Positions 1 through 11,448 of a DNA stretch of 64,000 nucleotides are shown here, piece by piece. The stretch is from the NCBI GenBank assembly GCA_964270895.1, contig OZ185440.1; one strand, 5' to 3'. The stretch comes from Podarcis filfolensis. Taxonomy: Eukaryota. Position numbers and translations under genes: made by a program. Under the pieces are notes generated by a model. The model saw only the letters and a program-made list of their open reading frames with translations. It ran no database searches and had not been told where the DNA came from. Position 1 is the stretch's first letter. The number at the start of each line of letters is the position of its first letter.

Positions 1-230
1 CAGTGATACATATATTTATAACCTGCCCTTCGTCTAAATCACAGAGTAGGCAGCAACAATATTTAAAGTCACCGATAAAAAACAATAAGAGAACTAAGCC
101 TGTGTCACATGAGTTCTACCTAGCCTCCTATTTACCAGTTTTTTCACAACACAAAATTGGATCACACTTTGTGAGCTCATCGGGGGCTGTTTTTCATGCA
201 GTCATATATCAGAGGCAACGTTAGGGAGCA

Positions 231-448
231 CAGAAACACAGGAAGGTGCCTTATACAAAATCAAAGCATCGGCACATCTAGCCAAGCACTGTCCACACTG
301 CCTGACTGTGGTTCTCCAGGTTTTTAGACAGGGGACATTCTCTGTCTAATTTTGGGGTTCATAGTTAATTGGTCTATTCCCCTGGAGATGCTGAAGACTG
401 AACTGCCAGGAACTTTCTGCAAACGCCCTACCACTGAGTTACGGCCCT
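231..448 (-). mobile_element. Degenerate tRNA-derived squamate SINE
   Basis: Reverse complement begins agggccgtaactcagtggtagggcg (tRNA A-box-like head) and ends in a ...tataaggcaccttcctgtgtttctg tail. Related fragments at ~3850-3965 (+), ~6140-6190 (-), ~7885-8060 (-), ~45985-46040. Confidence 0.65.
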
Positions 449-537
449 CAGCTACAATTTCACAGTAGAACATGGAAGCCTGTAACATGGGCAGATTTCT
501 CCCCCTCCCCAAGATGCAAGAGACGCTGTCAGCTTAC

Positions 538-679
538 ATAGAATTATTGTAGTTTGATACGACACCTGGAGACTCTCCACGGGTTGGGCTTTTGAAGCAA
601 GGATTGTTCATATTACAGAAGATGCCCTGTAGCCATGGCAGAGTTCCTGCAGAGGGCATCGCCTTGTTTGGGAAGTGAC
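538..679 (-). CDS. ABCA4: ABCA4 coding exon 3 (142 bp)
   Basis: Translates (C)[46 protein letters not shown](I), the ABCA-family N-terminal motif. aag acceptor, GTAAG donor; 142 bp as recalled for human exon 3. Confidence 0.97.
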
Positions 680-809
680 CTTGATATGAGAAAACAGGAA
701 GAAATAAACATAGCTCAAACTGCTTACATAGATACTAACCAACTGAGCTATTCGGTGGCATATTAGATTAAGGCACATCAGTTTTCTTAAAAGGTTAATT
801 GGAAGAGCA

Positions 810-1078
810 CAACCTTCCCCAACATGGCCCCTCCAGATGTTTTGGACCAGGCATAGGCAAACTCGGCCCTCCAGTTGATTTTGGGACTACAACTACCATC
901 ATCCTTGACCACTGGTCCTGTTAGCTAGGGATGATGGGAGTTGTAGTCCCAAAACATCTGGAGGGCCGAGTTTGCCTATGCCTGTTTTGGACAATTCCCA
1001 TTGACTCAGCTGTGTTAACTGGGGCTGATGGGAGTTGTAGTCCAACACTTCTGGAAGGCACCAAGTTGGGAAAGGCTG
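810..1078. mobile_element. Older related hAT-type MITE interrupted by the 848-984 element
   Basis: Ends caaccttccccaac / gttgggaaaggctg; the two halves rejoin across the TSD and share the ccctccagatgttttggac core. Confidence 0.7.
848..984. mobile_element. Young palindromic hAT-type MITE with 8-bp TSD
   Basis: TIRs caggcataggcaaactcggccctccag / ctggagggccgagtttgcctatgcctg; perfect TSD ttttggac at 840-847 and 985-992. Confidence 0.9.
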
Positions 1079-1865
1079 ACCTAGCATTTTTTTATTTATG
1101 CATTTTTTTATTTAATATATACCCTGCCCCTCCTCTCAAAGGAGCTCATTCTGTGATGAACACCACCACTTAATTCCTGCACATGATAAGCTAGCATGCC
1201 AGAGCTGTTATGTGCTGTCTCTATAAGCTTGGTGTCTATTTATTTTTGAAGGAGGGGATTTTTCAAAATATGGAGTTCCACACTTGCACTCTGAAGCAGG
1301 ACAGATCAGGCACCATTCCGCGGCGTGCTTTTCCTACACATATGAATTTATTTTAACTCCAACTTCAATAAAATTATAATGAGTGCCCCTTTCATTTCAG
1401 CAGGAGCATAGTAAAGTCTATGCTGTATGGTTCTTAGAGGCAAAATGGATTTTGGTGGAAGGGGAAATATTCCAGTGTTTTTCTACATTGTGTTTGGTTG
1501 CAAAAGTTCAGATTTATATTCTCTTAAGTCTGAATATTTTTCCTTACCATATGAATTCTGTTTGATTTAGGAACTTTGGGGTGGGGGGAGGCATAAAATT
1601 TGGTAAGTTGGCATTTAACATTGCTACCTTAACAGCAAGGCAAGATTTAAGTTACTAAAAAGTATTCTGCCAAGTGAAATTTGAAAACATTTCAAACACA
1701 TACTGTAGGTGCAAGCTAGAAATGTGTGCAAAACTTTGTTTCAGCTCCAGTGGTTTGGAAAATATTAGCTTTTGAAGTGACTAAAGATACAGACAACACA
1801 AATAAGAAGAATACAATGCTTAGGGGGAAGAGTGCTTTCTCTAGAATAGGGAAGTTTTTAATATC

Positions 1866-1965
1866 TAATGTTTTACTGTATCTTTAATATTTTGTTGGAA
1901 GTCGCCCAGAGTGGCTGGGGAAACCCAGCTAGGTGGGCAGGGTATAAATAATAAATTATTATTAT
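1866..1965 (+). mobile_element. 3' tail of lizard L2-type LINE or its partner SINE
   Basis: cgcccagagtggctggggaaacccagc...gggtataaataataaattattattat. Same tail at ~11381-11480 (-) and ~52600-52720 (+). Confidence 0.7.
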
Positions 1966-2738
1966 GGTTCACTTCCACAAATAGTACATGGTTAAAAAAT
2001 CAGATTGACATCTCCTTCCCTTTAATAACAAACCAGACTGCATTCTGACCATGGTCAAAGACAATAGGCTGGTTAGTGAGCTCAGCTGGCATGTACTTTG
2101 TGCCAATTATGTGGAAGGGAACTCTTTCAAGCGCAAAGAGATGCAGTGATGAGGGTAAAACCACAACAGTAGATTAAACGGGCAGAAAGGGACAAGCGTA
2201 GGAGTCAAGGGCAAGATGATTCATCCACATTAATCCTCTAGACCTAGTGTACTGGTGCAATATTATGGGAGCTCTAGCAAAGTATGTAATTACTTCCATC
2301 AGCAAAGCTCAAAAACATTATATCATGCCCATTGTACCTTTCTAGTAAACATTTGCTATCAAGGCCCAAGCTACAGGCCATGGGAAGATTGATAGGCTCC
2401 ATCAACCTCTTTTTCCAAAGTAACAGATAGGTGATGGTAGGGAATCAGAGCAGGCACGGGGCAAATCAAATGCCATCCTAATGATGCCACCTAACATGTT
2501 CTTTCAACATGCATAGTGCTGGGGAGCTCCAGGTTGGTGGCACTCAACCCTTACCCCACAACATGCAGGACTGGCTCAAGATAAACGTTGCTGTATCTGC
2601 TTCCTTGCTTACCAGCAGGTAAAAGAAGACCTAACTTGTTAGCATGTAACAGAAACCTAGGCTGCTTTGATTTATTCAAAGCCTAAGCAAGGAGCGTTGC
2701 ATGCCAAAAGTTGTTTCCATTACCGATGATGCTCTTAC

Positions 2739-2832
2739 ATTCATGTTGGTGATAGAGTGGGTTGGCGCTCCTCAGCCAGACAAGGATAAGAAACAAGGAC
2801 ATAGGCCACACAAGTTCAACCAGAAGACGAAG
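2739..2832 (-). CDS. ABCA4: ABCA4 coding exon 2 (94 bp)
   Basis: [31 protein letters not shown] (first TM helix). ttttcag acceptor, GTAAG donor; phase 1 joins exon 3 (T+GT=Cys). Confidence 0.97.
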
Positions 2833-3055
2833 CTGAAAAAAAGTTGGATGAGTTAATGATGTAATCTGAAGACATTGTGACTTTCACCAATCACAGAAGT
2901 GTCTGATAAAACATGACTCTGCCATCCCAGTATACAACAAAGTATTAATATGTGGCTGCTTGCAGCTCCTTGGCTCCTCCCTGGGTCTTTTTGCTGGTAC
3001 ACTGAGCTAAGTTAAGCCAAGGTTTGGGCTTAGCATGTTGTCTGAACGCAGACTC

Positions 3056-3148
3056 GTGGATAAGCTCTCTTTGTAGACTAACCATAAGCTGTAACCAAGG
3101 TTTGTTTTTGGTTATAGCTTATATTTATTGTGGAGAGAGCTTAACCAC
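3056..3148. repeat. Nested inverted repeat (probable old MITE core)
   Basis: Outer arms 3056-3070 / 3134-3148 (14/15 match) and inner arms 3084-3098 / 3108-3122 (14/15 match). Confidence 0.7.
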
Positions 3149-5391
3149 AAACCAGGGTTTAGATGACATGCCAAACCTGGCTCAGATCAGCATGGTGCAA
3201 CAGCAAAAAGGTCTGGGAAAGAACAAAGCAGCTGCAAGATCCACTCTGGAAGACTGTACACTTCCACTAAGCAATGGTTTGGCTTAGCTTGATGGGAGAA
3301 CAAAGTCTATGAGACAGCTGGAAAGGCTGTTCAATAGCTCAGTCTTGAGTGACAGACCAACCCATGACACTGGAGGCTACTCTATTAGGACAGATGGGAC
3401 AATGCTCCATGAAACTCAGTCTTGATTCCTTCAAGCCCATCTGCCTTCTTACATACAACCAGTGCCTCTCCTTTGTCTTGGTTTTGCCATTGTAGATGTC
3501 AAAAGGAAGGAGGATGGGGACAAAAGGTAGAATGGCTTGGCCATGCCTGTCACGAGCTCTGGCTCCACTTCTCACTGGCTCTGGCTCAACCTACTGTTGG
3601 ACTGCCTTCTGCCCCATCAATAAGCAACATTAACCCATGGTGTACACCTAAAATATAAAACATGAACGGGAGAAACTGGCTGCTGAAAACATGTATATCT
3701 CTACAGGGTCACTCATCAGAAAGCCATACTTGAGTGCACTCCTTGTTTAGAGCATGCCTAGCACTAAACCTGTGTTTGTCACTGTATAATGCACAAGATG
3801 GCCCTCAATACATCATCACAAAAAAGCAGAAATGGCTTTGAAAAGGATTTTAGTTTAGAGCATCCGCTTTGCATGCAGGTTTCAGGTTCAATCCTTGTCA
3901 TCTTTAGATAAACTAAACAAACTTGTAGTTTGAAACATTGGAAAGCTACTGACAGTGATTTGACTATAGGTATTATTGGTATATGTTTCCTAGCTTCCAA
4001 CTGTAATATAAAGATGAGAATTGTGCCTGCATTTGAAAACTTAGTGTGGAATTTACTATTTTCAATTGCTCATACGCAAACTGCATATTACTTAAAATGT
4101 GTAGCTACTGCCACCCTACCCTTCTGCTCCGAGTCACTAGGTAATAGATAGTTAAAACAGATGAACGATTTGTCATCCTCATGGTTATGGTTTTCCCAGC
4201 CCATCTCTACATCCCTGGTTACTGCCTGTGGAGGGTGTGTGCAATGACTTCACACCACTGTTAAATTACTGGAGGACATGATCTTAAGGAAGCGATACTC
4301 TTCCCCATGTATATTAAATGAACAGAGCAAGCCTTATGACACACCGGAAAAGGAAGTGCTCTGCATTCCAAGCACTAGCTTGTCAAAGTACAGATATCTT
4401 TCTCACCAGCTTTATATATGTTGAGTTAAGCAAGTTCAGTTCTGTATACAAATATTATCTTTGCTCAAAAGTTGATAAGGATGCAGGTGTATAAGCTTTT
4501 AGAGCTATGCTGGCCTTACATAATCATTTCACCCCCTCATTCTTGAATATTAAAAAGGTTATTATATTAACACTAGTCCATTAAGGGTTAGAAAACAAAT
4601 GAATATTCCACAAAAATAAAATAGTTCAGTGTCTGTCTTTGAGTAAAACTAGACATGACACTGACTGTGTGAATGCAACTGGATCTCACTACAGTTATTT
4701 TTGCTCCAGTCAACTCCTGGTTAGACTACTGAAATCTGCTCTACGTGGGATTGCTCTTGAGGTATCCAGAAACTGCAAAATGCTGCCACAAGGTTCTTAA
4801 CTGGAATAAGGAATTCAGAACATAGTATGCCCATTTTTTGTCTGATCTATGTTGGTTGCCAACATGGTTTGTTTATGGTGATGGCTTTAACCTTTCAAAC
4901 CCTAATTGACCTGGATATCTTACGGAGCACCTTATGTTCATCCCCACATCTAGCCTTGCTCCAGATCTGTCTACCATCTGACCATAGCTGTCAACTTTTC
5001 CCTTTTCTTGCAAGGAATCCTATTCAGAATAAGGGAATTTCCCTTAAAAAAAGGAAAACGTTGACAGCTATGCACCTGACCTATGTGGAAAGCTGTCACA
5101 AGGATCAGGGCCTTCTCTGGTGGCATCCATCTTGTCAAATGGCATTCCAGGCGAGAGTCACCAACCCCTGACGCTGAATGATTTTAAGTGTCTGTTTAAG
5201 ATCTATTTCTAAAAGAAAGCTTTTAGCTGACTATTTATTTTGTCTTATTGAGGCTGTCCCTTGCCGACATTTTTATTGCTGTTTTACGAGCTTTTGGTCT
5301 TGCTGTTTGTGGAATTTTTGTAGAATTGGGTCAAGTGCTGTTTCATCAAGACTTCTCCAATGTGACATTGGTGTGCTTTTGCTTTATACAT

Positions 5392-5754
5392 TGTTGAGTT
5401 GAATAGGATCCAAAATGCAGCAATCTGACTGGTCCTAGAACAATAGGATTCAGAATGCAGCAGTCTGATTGGTCCTAAAACAAGAGGATTCAGAATGCAG
5501 CAGCCCGATTGGTCCTAGAACAATAGGATCCAGAATGCAGCAGTCTGATTGGTCCACAGGAGCCACCCAACCCAGCTCCAAGTGGAAGGGAATCCGCAAC
5601 CTGATTGGCCTACAGGAGAATCCCGGAATTAGCCAATCACGTGGGGCCCATTGTGTAAATAATGTACATAAAGCAGACAGTCTGGGGGAACTTCCATTCC
5701 TCCTCATCATTAATAAAGAGCATGAAATCCACTCTCGACTCCGAGTATATTTCA
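5392..5754 (+). mobile_element. Solo LTR (363 bp) of an LTR retrotransposon
   Basis: TG...CA termini; perfect 5-bp TSD TACAT (5387-5391, 5755-5759); U3-like tandem 40-bp repeats with CCAAT boxes; TATA-like tract ~5654-5670; AATAAA 5712-5717. Confidence 0.85.
5401..5555 (+). repeat. 40-bp tandem repeat x ~3.9 within the solo LTR
   Basis: Units start at 5401, 5441, 5481 and 5521: caataggat(t/c)cagaatgcagcagtctgattggtcctagaa. Confidence 0.95.
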
Positions 5755-6540
5755 TACATCATTATGTATTCTATTATTTTAAGCAGCAAGGTAAAAAAAA
5801 AATGCTCACATTATTTCTTAAATTAAAAGAAGCTATAAAGTAGTTTGAGGGAATTAATACACAAAGCTGCCACGACATTTGGCAAAACATATTCAGATCT
5901 TTGCCTCCCCACCGACACATAAATGATAATTACTCATCCTGAGGTTATCTTGCTACACTGAATACCCACTAATTACCATCCTATGCGTTCCTTAACCACA
6001 ACACTGAAAAGTTAGACCAGGCCTTGACACACAAACCAGTGCACAATAAGGTTACAATGCCACTGATATGCTGCCATACATGGGTGGTGGGGTGAGCTGT
6101 CCTAGAATTATGGCCACCTGTCCACATTACTAGAGAGCAAATCTGGGATCTTCTGGATGCAAAGTAAACTCCACCACTGAGCTATGGCCCTTTTGCTGTG
6201 GATGGAAATCTGGTGGGTTGACCTAAGGTCTAGGATGCAGCCTCATCCAAGGCATTCTTACGCAGAAGTATCTCCTACGTAGGTTTAAATCCTATGCATA
6301 CTTACATGTTCAGCCCAATAGAATTTAGTAGCAATTATTTCCAAGTGTCCATCATATCAATAGCATAAGTATGCATTAGGGTTCTCTTCAATTCAAAACA
6401 CACTTATTAAGGAGTAGGTCCCATTTAAGAATGTGGGACTTACTCATTAGCTATCATGGCAAAAGATTGTGCTGTTAGCCACTGTTTTAAGAACTAGTCA
6501 ATGCCTGCTGTCATGCTCAACAATCCCTGCCGCCTTCTTC

Positions 6541-6577
6541 ATTATTATTATCATTATTATTATTATTATTATTATTA
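6541..6577. repeat. (ATT)n microsatellite
   Basis: Direct reading; explains the poly-Ile ORF 6469-6678. Confidence 0.95.
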
Positions 6578-7543
6578 CTTTACTTCAAACTATGATGAGA
6601 TGGGCCCATCAAGTCTCACACATAAATCAGATTTTTTATTTTTTTAAATTGCAGCAATGTTTGCCCGAGGCTTTCTAATCTCCTCCACTCCACCCACTGG
6701 AAATGCCTCAGCAAGTGTTTTGAGTTTGGGGGCTTTGAATGAAAGGACCCAGATGTTCTAACTGGAGACAGAAATCCTTCTTCCCGATGCCTCAGGATGA
6801 AAAAAACAAAAGAGCAGTGTTTCAAATTGCCCCATTCAGAATCACTTCCTCTTCGCTGTGTTTCTCACGTACAGTAATTGGAATGCCCTCATATAATATA
6901 AACCTTGGAGGCTCTGGCGCTGTGAAAGGTGCTCTGAGCTTTCCCGCCTGATTCAGCAAAATGCCAGAACCCAGTGACTTTTCTGGATCGGATCCAGTAT
7001 CTTAAAACATCTCAAGACACACAAAAAAGGTCATCTTGATGAAAAAATAAGGTCAAGGCCAGGAATTTGAAATGTTCTTTTGGAAGAGGGGAAAGGAGGG
7101 AGGTTAACAGCTTGAGGCTTCTTAGAAATGCTGCTTGTCAATGCTTTCCACACTGTATCACCAGGAAGCATGATCAGAAATACTGAGCAGTCTTTACAAA
7201 AAAGAAAAGAAAAGAAAGATGGCTCCCTTCCTTCTCCACTTTTCAAGTTTCAACTTTGTTTTATGTGTATGTGTGTGTGTGTTCGTCCGTGCCTTCCAAG
7301 CCCACACCCCAAGCCCACTAAATGCCACTCCATAAAATGAGAAATCTTTGGTTTAAGATCTCACGGAGCTTGAGACTAAACAATACTAGAAACAATCATT
7401 TTGCAGAATTCTAAGCTGCCATTGGACACCACTATTAAATACGTGTTGAGGCCTAAATGAAATTTTGCACGGGAGATCCATTATTGCAGAGATGGGCAGA
7501 AAGTAGGCAAGATCAGCTCTCTGCGTGATTTGTAAGAGATCCC

Positions 7544-7676
7544 AGAATCGTAAGAGTTGGAAGGGGCCATGAGTCCAAACCCCTGCAATGCAGGAATCTC
7601 TTGTCCAATGTGGGGCTCAAACTCAGGACCCTAAGATTAACAGTCTCATGCTCTACTGCCTGAGCCATCTCAGCTG
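7544..7676 (-). mobile_element. tRNA-Lys(CTT)-derived SINE with CR1-like tail
   Basis: Reverse complement gctcaggcagtagagcatgagactgttaatcttagggtcctgagtttgagccccacattgg resembles tRNA-Lys, followed by ...ccccttccaactcttacgattct. Similar tail at ~48728-48780. Confidence 0.75.
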
Positions 7677-8067
7677 AAGCACCAAGGATTTCCAATGTGC
7701 TGTTTTTTTAAATGACAGCAACATCCTTTTCTTTCTATCTTTCCAATTAGGCTTCTGAAACGAAGGACTATTTTGGGGGGCAGGGGGTGACTAGGAAAGG
7801 ATCAGTTCTGGTACTGAAATCAAATTCCTGAGCATCTGTTCTGCTAACTTAATTGTAGGTCTTCTCCAAAATAGCCAAGTTTATTAGACATGTGGAGCTG
7901 ACATACTGAGCCAGAACCTGCATCGCCTAGTCCAGGACTGCTCTGCTCTGGCACTGATTGCTGCTCCAAGGTCTCAAACAGAGGTCTTTCCAAGCCCTGC
8001 TATTTAAGAGCTGTTGAAACTGGTGATGCCAAGGAATGACTCAATCCGGAATCTGCTATATATAAAC

Positions 8068-8212
8068 CAGAGATGGGAAACCTATGGCCCTACGGATGTT
8101 GTTGGACTCCCAGCTCCCATCAGCCCCAACCAACATGGCCAAAAGGCAAAAGTAATGGGAGCTGAAATCTAAGAGCATCTGAGAGAGAGGTGGCACAGGC
8201 CCCCCATCTCTG
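8068..8212. mobile_element. hAT-type MITE, same superfamily as 848-984
   Basis: TIRs cagagatggg / cccatctctg and the shared internal core; TSD not preserved. Further copies at ~10020-10080, ~11224-11330, 13376-13505, ~47050-47190, ~48950-49078. Confidence 0.7.
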
Positions 8213-9323
8213 ACGTAGGGCATGTGTTTGCTATAAAGCGACTCTCCTTTTAACCCTGGCCTTCCTAGTTTTCTGACAACACCAGCTGTGGGAAGCTCAT
8301 TATTAGCTGATTGCTCTCAATGTGGATCTGGATGCACATAAAAGAATGCCTATAGCTCAGTGACTCCCAAACATTTCTCCCTGTGGACCGCTTGGAAGTT
8401 TCTGAGAGTCTTGGCAGACCATGGGATGATTTTGCTGCCTGTTGTAGCCATTGTAATGTGCTATTGCTAGATGCTCTGTGCTTTTCAATTGCTTCTTTTC
8501 TTATGTGTTGTGCTTTATTGTATTACCATTTGAATCCCACACAATTAAAATCAATATGGATATTCAGTGTGAGGGATCGAATATCCACCCCCTGTCTTCA
8601 GTTACAAATCACAAACACACTGCAGGCCCTCTAAATTAAAATTGTGGACCACTGGTGGTCTACATACACCAGTCTGGGAACCCCTGATCTAGCTAGCTCC
8701 ATGAGACTCAGGTGAACATTGTGATGTGGACAGAGATGGTGCATGCACATGCTGTCCCTCTGTGTGTGAATTTCCTTTTCTGGAACAGGGCACATTTGTC
8801 TACATTTGCAGTTGAGGGTTCTGTAATTTAGCCCACAGTCTCATGGGATGCCTGCTTTCGAGTTGAGGTGCTTTTGTAGCAAGTTCCTGATCTTTGAAGA
8901 ACCAAAGCACAATAAAAGATTTCAAGTATTTTGGACATTTGCTTCCTGTAGCAAAAGTCCATTTATTTTTATCTTCACAGTACCGTGTGCCACTAGATTC
9001 TCATGTAAGCATAGCTGGACCTCAAGGGGAAGTGAATCCTAGTCACCACTTCCTCTGTTGGTGGGGGCTGGTATTCTTCCTCATTGAGACTTTTAGTGAC
9101 AAAACAGTCCAGTATGTTGAGTTTGTTGTTGCTGTCAGAAAACTCAACACCATGAACCTGATTCTAAAATGTACTTTGTAAAAATATCCTAGGAACAGAA
9201 TGCATTAACTAACTCAGCACATCTCAGCAAAAGCCCTGAGCAAATGAACTGATTTTCCCAAAGTGATTTTAATTTCTCTTGAGCAAACTAAACGCAGTCT
9301 CTCTCTCCTTCCCTCTGGCTTAC

Positions 9324-9389
9324 CTTCTGCCTTTTTCTCAGTATCCAGTTTTTCCATAGCAGAAGCCTGACCTGTCTGAGGAAACTCAT
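9324..9389 (-). CDS. ABCA4: ABCA4 coding exon 1 (66 bp, ATG at 9389)
   Basis: MSFLRQVRLLLWKNWILRKRQK followed by GTAAG; matches the ABCA4 N-terminus (human [22 protein letters not shown]). ABCA4 next to ARHGAP29 is the known vertebrate synteny. Confidence 0.97.
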
Positions 9390-9479
9390 TCTTCTTATGC
9401 ATTGGCAGCATCCCAGACTTGGAGAATAGAAATCCTTTGCTGTTATCTTCTTGCAGACAGCTGAATCCTGAAAAAGAAG

Positions 9480-9890
9480 TGAGCTTATAAGCAGATGTTC
9501 CTGAATGGCTGCAGAACTGCAGGCTGGATTTCATTTTGTTTTGTCAAATTCAGCTATGAACCAAACTCCAGCTGAGCCAGAAGTTGCAAGCTGATAGTAC
9601 TTTACGCAGCGAAACTGTGCGATCTGGAATGGCCAACTCTGCGCTTGTATCTGTGTGGTGTCAGGAGTAGGATTAATAACAAATTGCTCTCAAACTTGGG
9701 TCTCCAGCTGTTGTTGTACTACAACTTCCATCATCCCTAGCTAGCAGGATCAATGGTCAGCCATGACAGGAGTTGTGGCCCAGCAACAACTTGAGACCCA
9801 AGTTTCAGAAATACTGTCTGCCATACCGCTTCTAGGGTTAGAGACTGTAATAATTGGCTTGTTGGATCAGCTGAAGTCTATCTAATCCTA
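9480..9890 (-). promoter_or_regulatory. ABCA4: ABCA4 proximal promoter (candidate TATA-like and CRX/OTX sites)
   Basis: TTATAA at 9485-9490 inside the palindrome GCTTATAAGC, ~100 bp upstream of the ATG. K50 homeodomain cores GGATTA/TAATCC at 9670-9675 and 9883-9888. ABCA4 is a photoreceptor gene; the TSS itself cannot be seen. Confidence 0.5.
9680..9816. mobile_element. hAT-type MITE within the ABCA4 upstream region
   Basis: ctcaaacttgggtctccagctgttgttg...caacaacttgagacccaagtttcagaaatactg inverted structure. Confidence 0.75.
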
Positions 9891-11380
9891 CATACTGTTC
9901 CCTTTTCTGAAGCCAACCAGATGCCTGTGAATGCTCACAAGCAGCATGCTCTCAGAGTCTAGTCTGAACATAAATCTAGGGGAATATTTTTCAATGAAAA
10001 GGAATGGTGTCCCATGGACATCTCTGAAGGGATGATGGGAGTTGTAGTCCAGCAATATCTGGAGGGCTACAGGTCCCATCCCCCCGGCCTAAGGCTGCAA
10101 TACACAGTTGACCTAAAGTAGCTACAGAAATCTATTGAGAGTACTTGTTTTTGTGGCTGGTCAGGAAGGAATTTGCTAAACTGCTGATCTAGGAAAGTCC
10201 CAGGCATCTGGCTGACCAAAAATTGGCTCCTATGAATTAGAATAATCTTTCAGCTGTTTGTAGGACTCTATGCTGGCTCTTAAAAGTGCTATAATACCCA
10301 CCAGACATTTCTTCTCTCTAGTAATGATCACAGAAATCCTGCTTAACTTTTTTATGCTCATGTTGATCATCATCCCTCCAATTGCTTGTTCTAGATTTGC
10401 AGAGTAAATCCCTGTTCACAACCCTTAAACTGCTAGCTCACCACCCCCTCACTTTTTCACCATTATAGTGCCATTCAAGTCGCAAGGGCTGGGTGGTCTC
10501 CATCCATCTATATGCCATCTTTATCACCACAGACACCTTTTCTGGACATCCTAGAAGACAAATCTTAAATTGGACCATGGGAAAACATATTTTCCTCCCG
10601 ACTGCTCTTGTGAAACAATGTTGGGCTCCCGAGAGAACAGCGTTCAGATTTGAGGCATGGCAATCTGAATACGTTAACTGTGTCTTCAGTAAATCAAATG
10701 TAAAGGTAAGTTTAGAAAGTGTGTCTCCTCCTTCAACAGACTGTGGCCGCATCTGACATATGGGATTAGACAGGACAAAGATCTTCCTTAATTAAATTGT
10801 AAATCTGATTTGGAGAAGTGGGGGCTGGCTTGTTGCTGTTACCACACACCTAGGCGGTGTCTGTGACCTATTTCTGCTTTGGATAAAACAAGTGGGATTT
10901 CTGAGCTCAGCAGTGCCTGGGTTTGTTTGTTTTTAAATGAAGATGTAAATAAAAACATCCAACGAGGCACCAAGTATTTGAATTCACTACTTCCTAATTA
11001 TACTGGGCAGGTAGCCCAGCAACTTACACAAGATGCTGATTTCACTTCAGTAGATAGTTTTGATATCTACTTTGTCTTTGGAGATGTCTCTCCCTCGCAC
11101 ACAGATATATATTATATCCCACTCCCCAAGATGTCTACTGTAAGTATGTGTCATAATTTGCTGTGACTAACTGCTAAACCTAGGATATTTCTGACCAAGT
11201 TTCATGGGGCAAAATAATTCTAGGTCAGGGGTGGGGATTTTGCAGCCCTCCAGATGTCACTGGACTTCAACTTCCATCAGCCCCAGCCAGCATGACCAAT
11301 GGCAACTGGGAGAGCTGAAGTCCAAGAATAGGTCCTCCATACCCTCCAACATTTTTCCAATGAAAATAGGGATGTCCTAT

Positions 11381-11406
11381 TAATAATAATAATAATAATA
11401 ATAATA

Positions 11407-11447
<41 letters not shown>
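11381..11447. repeat. (TAA)n-(TTA)n palindromic microsatellite
   Basis: Perfect 54-bp palindrome 11381-11434 centred on aa|tt at 11407/11408. Confidence 0.92.

Positions 11448-11448
<1 letters not shown>

Noticed and set aside
5469-5843. 124-aa ORF with repeated units
   Set aside because: It is a translation of the LTR's 40-bp tandem repeats running into flanking DNA.
7600-7676. Functional tRNA-Lys gene
   Set aside because: Stem mismatches, an altered anticodon loop and T-loop, and a fused CR1-like tail indicate a SINE.
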